IMG/VR virus record: IMGVR_UViG_2579778745_000003
Span: 1 to 27,110 of that record
From: a virus
Taxonomy: Duplodnaviria; Heunggongvirae; Uroviricota; Caudoviricetes
Strand: one strand, 5' to 3'
DNA: 27,110 bases
In this document: in pieces, positions 23,041 to 27,110 of the stretch
How the letters are laid out: the number at the start of each line of letters is the position of its first letter
Numbering within the stretch: position 1 is the stretch's first letter
The notes under the pieces: model-generated
What the model was told of the DNA's origin: nothing
The model's input: the letters and a program-made list of their open reading frames with translations, nothing else
Databases searched by the model: none
Position numbers and translations under genes: made by a program

Positions 23041-24470
23041 GTAAAACAACACCGACTAAAGACAGTATTCGTGCAGAGTTTGAAGAGCTTGTCGAGAAAG
23101 ATTCATTCTGGTCGAAGTTTGTCGGCTCTCAATTTGTCTCGATGCTGACATTGTTTATTACCCAGATTGTCTACAGGTGCTTTCAGTATGCCGATGCGGC
23201 GCTGGCTGAAGGCTTTATATCGACCGCGACGCGGCGTTCCTCTATCCTGGCAGCGGCAGAAACGAATAGTTACGTTGGTACCAAGCCAACACCGTCATCG
23301 GGGATGATTGAGATCACCGCCACAAGTGAAGATGCCCCAGCGGTAATCCCCAAAAATATGCCTTTAATATCTGACGACCAGTACCCTTACATGACTATGG
23401 ATGTATGCAGGTTGGTTGACGGCACCGGTACGGTAGAAGTGGCACAGTTGGAAATCCAGGAGGTGACATATACCGTTACGGCAGCCAAAGAATTTCTGGA
23501 AGTCGTGTTATCAAAGGCTCTCACTGCTGTCTGCTATAAGCTGGAAGTATTCGTGACGACCGATGGTAAGACCACGCAGTGGTCTTCCAGCACTATGTTC
23601 CGGTTAGCCGGTAGTAAAAGCCAGGTCTACGTTGAGTTTTATAAGCCATCCGAGCAGTTGGGGGTTCGATTCGGTGATGGGCTAATTGGGCAAATACCGC
23701 CAGAAGGCTCGACCATTACACTTAAGGTATGGTGCACCAACGGAGATATAACCCTGGTTGCTGGCCAAAACCTGACTCCTGTCGATTCTGCGGCTAATTT
23801 AGCTAATTTGATTTCAGTTAAGACAACGACACCCATAACCGCAGGTACCGATGCCGAAACAACGGAGATCACACGTAATCGTGCACAATATTACCTTGCC
23901 TATGATGATCAGGTCGTATGGGGCGGGGACTATACGTATTTTCTGGTGCGTAACATCCCGGGACTGTCCTGGGTAAAGGCATGGGGCGAAGGCCAGCAAG
24001 AGAAATTAGATGGTGCTTATAATGTTCGGAATATCAATAAGATATTTATTTCAGGATGGCATCCAAACAAAAGCCAGTCAGAGCTTGAAGAAATGATCCT
24101 GGCTGCCTTTAAGAAGGTGCCGAATGAGTTGAACAAGAAATTCTCGTATAAAGAGGTCAGAAAACTCCCCTTTAAGATCACCATCACTGGGCGGATATCG
24201 GCAAGCCTGACCATTGAGAACGTGACTGATGAGCTGAAGTCGGCACTGGAAACAAAATTTGGGCGTGACTCAACTTTCTTTGATCCGAACCGTGTCGGCA
24301 AGTACATCCTAATCAAGAAAAAAGACGTTTGGGCATTTATCGAAACGCTGGGTTATTTCCGCGACTTTTATCTGGAATTTGTCGAGTGGAATGAGTCCAA
24401 CGGCTTTTACGATTTCGTTTATCTGGATACAGAAAACTCCACCTTTAATATTTCGTATGAGGAGGAGTGA
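23037..24470 (+). CDS. bplA: baseplate J/gp6-like protein (P1 bplA by position)
   Basis: 477 aa. ATGA overlap with the previous gene. The size and position after the gp25-like gene are typical of baseplate J. Confidence 0.6.
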   Translation: MSKTTPTKDSIRAEFEELVEKDSFWSKFVGSQFVSMLTLFITQIVYRCFQYADAALAEGFISTATRRSSILAAAETNSYVGTKPTPSSGMIEITATSEDAPAVIPKNMPLISDDQYPYMTMDVCRLVDGTGTVEVAQLEIQEVTYTVTAAKEFLEVVLSKALTAVCYKLEVFVTTDGKTTQWSSSTMFRLAGSKSQVYVEFYKPSEQLGVRFGDGLIGQIPPEGSTITLKVWCTNGDITLVAGQNLTPVDSAANLANLISVKTTTPITAGTDAETTEITRNRAQYYLAYDDQVVWGGDYTYFLVRNIPGLSWVKAWGEGQQEKLDGAYNVRNINKIFISGWHPNKSQSELEEMILAAFKKVPNELNKKFSYKEVRKLPFKITITGRISASLTIENVTDELKSALETKFGRDSTFFDPNRVGKYILIKKKDVWAFIETLGYFRDFYLEFVEWNESNGFYDFVYLDTENSTFNISYEEE

Positions 24471-25306
24471 TGCAGCGTTCCTGGTTTAATAACCGGCTTA
24501 CATCAGCTAAGCAAAAGTCATTACTTTATAAATCATTGGCTGATTTGGTTCAGTCAATGATGGACACCTTTGTTGACCCATGGTTGGAGCGAATTACCAA
24601 CCGGAAGTCTATTTTCTCCATGAGCAAGGAGGATCTGGAGACTAGGACAAATGAACTTGGCCAGTTTTTTACTATCAGAACGTCGAATTCATCTTCCGTT
24701 CCGATGTTGTTACAACAGCGGTTTGATGAGATCCATTTTAAGGGTACTGAACGCCCTATAAACCAGACAATTTATCGCGAATTTAACGGTATATCGGTTT
24801 TATGGGATCCCATATATGCTCCGGTGGACTTTGAACGTCATCCCTATGGCACGGTCCTGATTCCAGAAAGCACACTGGAAACCACCGGCGGCACATTCGG
24901 CGAGATGTTTCTGACTTCCAGAGGAATGATCAGTATTCCCATAAACGACCTGGCCCGGACAATGGGTATTACTGGAACGATAGATCAGTCCGCAATTACA
25001 GAAGAAATTCTCAGAAAGTTTAATCAGTTCGTAAAGCCTCTACTGCCACTGCATATAGTGTTTGATGGGCTTACGCTCTATTTGTCGGTTGTTGTAAATG
25101 AACAGGCCGACATGATCACTTTGAATGAGATTTCTGATACCGAAAAAGCATTCTGCTGGTTTGAAACTTCGGATACAACTTCGCTTACTGAAGTTACGTC
25201 GATTAACGCCCCGATCACTGCAACGCCGGGCGGCACTATTGTGAAAGCAACGCCTACGTTTGATCGCACCCGCGCAGATGATTTGCTGTTGGATAGCGAT
25301 GCGTGA
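24470..25306 (+). CDS. 16: baseplate/tail-fibre attachment protein (P1 gene 16 by position)
   Basis: 278 aa from ATG 24470 (TGATG overlap; the ORF track starts at GTG 24467). Follows the J-like gene, like P2 gpI-type proteins. Confidence 0.55.
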   Translation: MQRSWFNNRLTSAKQKSLLYKSLADLVQSMMDTFVDPWLERITNRKSIFSMSKEDLETRTNELGQFFTIRTSNSSSVPMLLQQRFDEIHFKGTERPINQTIYREFNGISVLWDPIYAPVDFERHPYGTVLIPESTLETTGGTFGEMFLTSRGMISIPINDLARTMGITGTIDQSAITEEILRKFNQFVKPLLPLHIVFDGLTLYLSVVVNEQADMITLNEISDTEKAFCWFETSDTTSLTEVTSINAPITATPGGTIVKATPTFDRTRADDLLLDSDA

Positions 25307-25310
25307 CAAT

Positions 25311-25333
25311 CACCCCGCCCGCAGGGCGGGGTG
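25311..25333 (+). other. GC-rich stem-loop between gene 16 and R
   Basis: caccccgccc (25311-25320) gca gggcggggtg (25324-25333) with no T-run. The 3' arm overlaps the late-promoter element. A similar T-less hairpin (gcgcccc/ggggcgc) lies at 6880-6898 between genes 23 and 22. Confidence 0.5.
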
Positions 25334-25354
25334 ACAAGTTACTTATCTTACAAT
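25331..25354 (+). promoter_or_regulatory. candidate P1-type late promoter for the tail-fibre operon (R-S)
   Basis: gtgacaagttac (25331-25342), 6 nt, then TACAAT (25349-25354). Same architecture as at 5071-5095. Confidence 0.5.
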
Positions 25355-25384
25355 GAGGCTTCACAACATTGATTAGGGAAAATC

Positions 25385-25819
25385 ATGTCTGACGTCTCAA
25401 CAAACCTCTATAAGAGTCAGTTGTTGGACTATTACTATCAGCGGCGCGCTGAATCGTCCATTAACAAAGGCTCTCGATTTTTAATCAGCAAGGCCGTTTT
25501 CGGTACCAGTTCACTGGTTACTAAGAAAGGAGATGGCACTTATGAGATTGGAGAACTGCCAAAGGCTTTCGATCTGGCAGAACTGACCAGTCAATTTTGC
25601 ACCATCAACCTCGTCCCAACCTACTCAGGCGGGATAATTACTGTCCGAATGGACCTTGATCAAAGTCAGTTGCAGGAAGGGAAAAACTACCCATTCAACA
25701 CTCTGGTTGTTCTGGATAACGAGAATAAGCCAATCGCCATTATTTGTGTCCAAGAAGACTCGCTGTATGTGGGCAAAACATATACCGCAGTTATGGCCAT
25801 AAACTCGACTACAGCATAA
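25385..25819 (+). CDS. R: tail-fibre associated structural protein R
   Basis: 144 aa, immediately upstream of S as in P1. SD agggaaaa upstream. Confidence 0.65.
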   Translation: MSDVSTNLYKSQLLDYYYQRRAESSINKGSRFLISKAVFGTSSLVTKKGDGTYEIGELPKAFDLAELTSQFCTINLVPTYSGGIITVRMDLDQSQLQEGKNYPFNTLVVLDNENKPIAIICVQEDSLYVGKTYTAVMAINSTTA

Positions 25820-25830
25820 GGATATGCTTG

Positions 25831-27110
25831 ATGAATGACGTTACAGTTGTTACATCGGTTACTTACCCATCACCCGAGTCGTTGGCTCTGGTGGCTGATG
25901 TGCAATACCACGAACCATATCTGTCAGCCGCTCTAAACCGAAAATTCAGGGGAATTGTTGACCCGGGATTTTATGCTGGTTTCTTGCCTAAGCCTGGCGG
26001 TGGGATGAACCTGTTAATCACCTCAGTGGATGGAGATAAAACCGCTGGCGCGGCGTCAGTGGATATTGGTGAATTCTACCAGGTAACTATTCAGCATCGT
26101 AAGGATATATCTCTTGCACTTAACGCAGGCAAGAAATATGCAATTGTGCTGAAGGGAAGATACCTTCTTGGAGAAGATACCTATCAGGTGAATACCGCGT
26201 CACATATTCATGCAGCTGAATTTGTTGCCAGAACCTATACCGATTCATATCAGTTAGGTGATGGGGAACTGCTGGTTTGTACGGTGAATATCCCTGCTGG
26301 CGTATCTACCATTACTCAAGAGATGATTGATACATCCGAGCGTATCAACCGCACGATCGGCATTGATATTTCAGACTCTGTAACCAGTACCAGAAGTGAT
26401 GTTGCTGCGAGTTCGCTGGCAGTTAAAAAAGCCTACGATCTGGCGAAAAGCAAGTATACGGCGCAGGATGCAAGCACAACGCAAAAGGGATTAGTTCAGC
26501 TCAGTAGTGCTACTGACAGTACGTCCGAAGCGCTGGCCGCCACACCGAAAGCAGTCAAGGCAGCATATGACCTGGCTAACGGGAAGTATACAGCCCAGGA
26601 TGCAACCACGACACAAAAAGGGATAGTTCAGCTTAGTAGCGCCACGAACAGCACGTCTGAAACGCTGGCAGCGACACCAAAAGCTGTTAAGGCGGTAATG
26701 GATGAAACGAACAAGAAAGCACCATTAAACAGCCCGGCACTGACCGGAACGCCAACAACACCAACAGCGCCACAGGGGACTAATAATACCCAGATCGCAA
26801 GCACGGCTTTCGTTATGGCCGCGATTGCCGCACTTGTAGACTCGTCGCCTGACGCACTGAATACGCTGAACGAGTTAGCGGCGGCGCTGGGCAACGACCC
26901 GAATTTTGCGACCACCATGACTAACGCGCTTGCGGGTAAGCAACCGAAGGATGCCACCCTGACGGCGCTGGCAGAGCTTGCTACATCAGCAGATAAACTC
27001 CCATATTTTACAGGGGAAGATCGTGCCGCGTTAACCGCGTTGACAAGTGTTGGACGTGCCATTCTTGGTAAAACCAGCACTCAGGGCGTTCTTGATTACC
27101 TTGGTTTGGG
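25831..27110 (+). CDS. S: tail fibre protein S, constant N-terminal part (partial; runs off the window)
   Basis: Hand-translated open frame from ATG 25831 (MNDVTVVTSVTYPSPESLALVADVQYHEPYLSAALNRKF...) to the window end without a stop. Contains tail-fibre repeats (TTQKGxVQLSSATxSTSExLAATPKAVK). Absent from the ORF track because no stop codon is present. Confidence 0.85.
   Translation, partial: MNDVTVVTSVTYPSPESLALVADVQYHEPYLSAALNRKFRGIVDPGFYAGFLPKPGGGMNLLITSVDGDKTAGAASVDIGEFYQVTIQHRKDISLALNAGKKYAIVLKGRYLLGEDTYQVNTASHIHAAEFVARTYTDSYQLGDGELLVCTVNIPAGVSTITQEMIDTSERINRTIGIDISDSVTSTRSDVAASSLAVKKAYDLAKSKYTAQDASTTQKGLVQLSSATDSTSEALAATPKAVKAAYDLANGKYTAQDATTTQKGIVQLSSATNSTSETLAATPKAVKAVMDETNKKAPLNSPALTGTPTTPTAPQGTNNTQIASTAFVMAAIAALVDSSPDALNTLNELAAALGNDPNFATTMTNALAGKQPKDATLTALAELATSADKLPYFTGEDRAALTALTSVGRAILGKTSTQGVLDYLGL
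26419..26682 (+). repeat. 2 x 132-bp tandem coding repeat (44-aa phage tail-fibre repeat) inside S
   Basis: AVKKAYDLAKSKYTAQDASTTQKGLVQLSSATDSTSEALAATPK (26419-26550) versus AVKAAYDLANGKYTAQDATTTQKGIVQLSSATNSTSETLAATPK (26551-26682). A third partial unit starts at 26683. Confidence 0.85.

Noticed and set aside
26628-27080. 150-aa minus-strand ORF
   Set aside because: It is antisense to the Ala/Thr-rich tail-fibre S frame, which contains recognisable fibre repeats.

Overview
This window reads as about 27 kb of a P1-family phage-plasmid, a temperate myovirus kept as a low-copy plasmid. All identifications are from reading the sequence and from memory of P1 proteins and sites; no searches were run.

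Left to right:
- An iteron plasmid replicon: DnaA boxes, a GATC cluster, five phased iterons, repA, and an incA-like iteron array.
- An extra T5orf172/GIY-YIG-like gene.
- The P1 partition cassette: parOP, parA, parB, parS.
- Late genes: head gene 23, sheath gene 22, and three tail/baseplate ORFs.
- A hok/mok/sok type I toxin-antitoxin locus.
- The C1-controlled lytic replicon on the minus strand: Op53, kilA, repL, and a small membrane ORF.
- The immI region on the minus strand: Op51, c4 RNA, icd, ant1/ant2.
- A three-gene plus-strand cargo block where P1 carries simABC.
- The tail/baseplate operon: pmgC, tub, pmgB, sit (tape measure with a lytic transglycosylase domain), pmgA, bplA, 16, R, and the 5' part of tail-fibre gene S, which runs off the window.

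The backbone looks conventional. Three insertion slots look non-canonical and most worth follow-up:
1. 14.7-17.0 kb. A secreted protein carries a copy of a Sit C-terminal motif. It is followed by an AT-rich, translationally coupled pair: a secreted 168-aa protein and a coiled-coil/TM/SH3-like 394-aa protein. This is my best candidate for an undescribed envelope-level exclusion or defence module.
2. 1.7-2.5 kb. A T5orf172-domain gene is wedged between the copy-control iterons and parOP.
3. 10.5-11.2 kb. hok/mok/sok plus a small two-TM protein.

No CRISPR array, tRNA, rRNA, transposase or integrase was seen.
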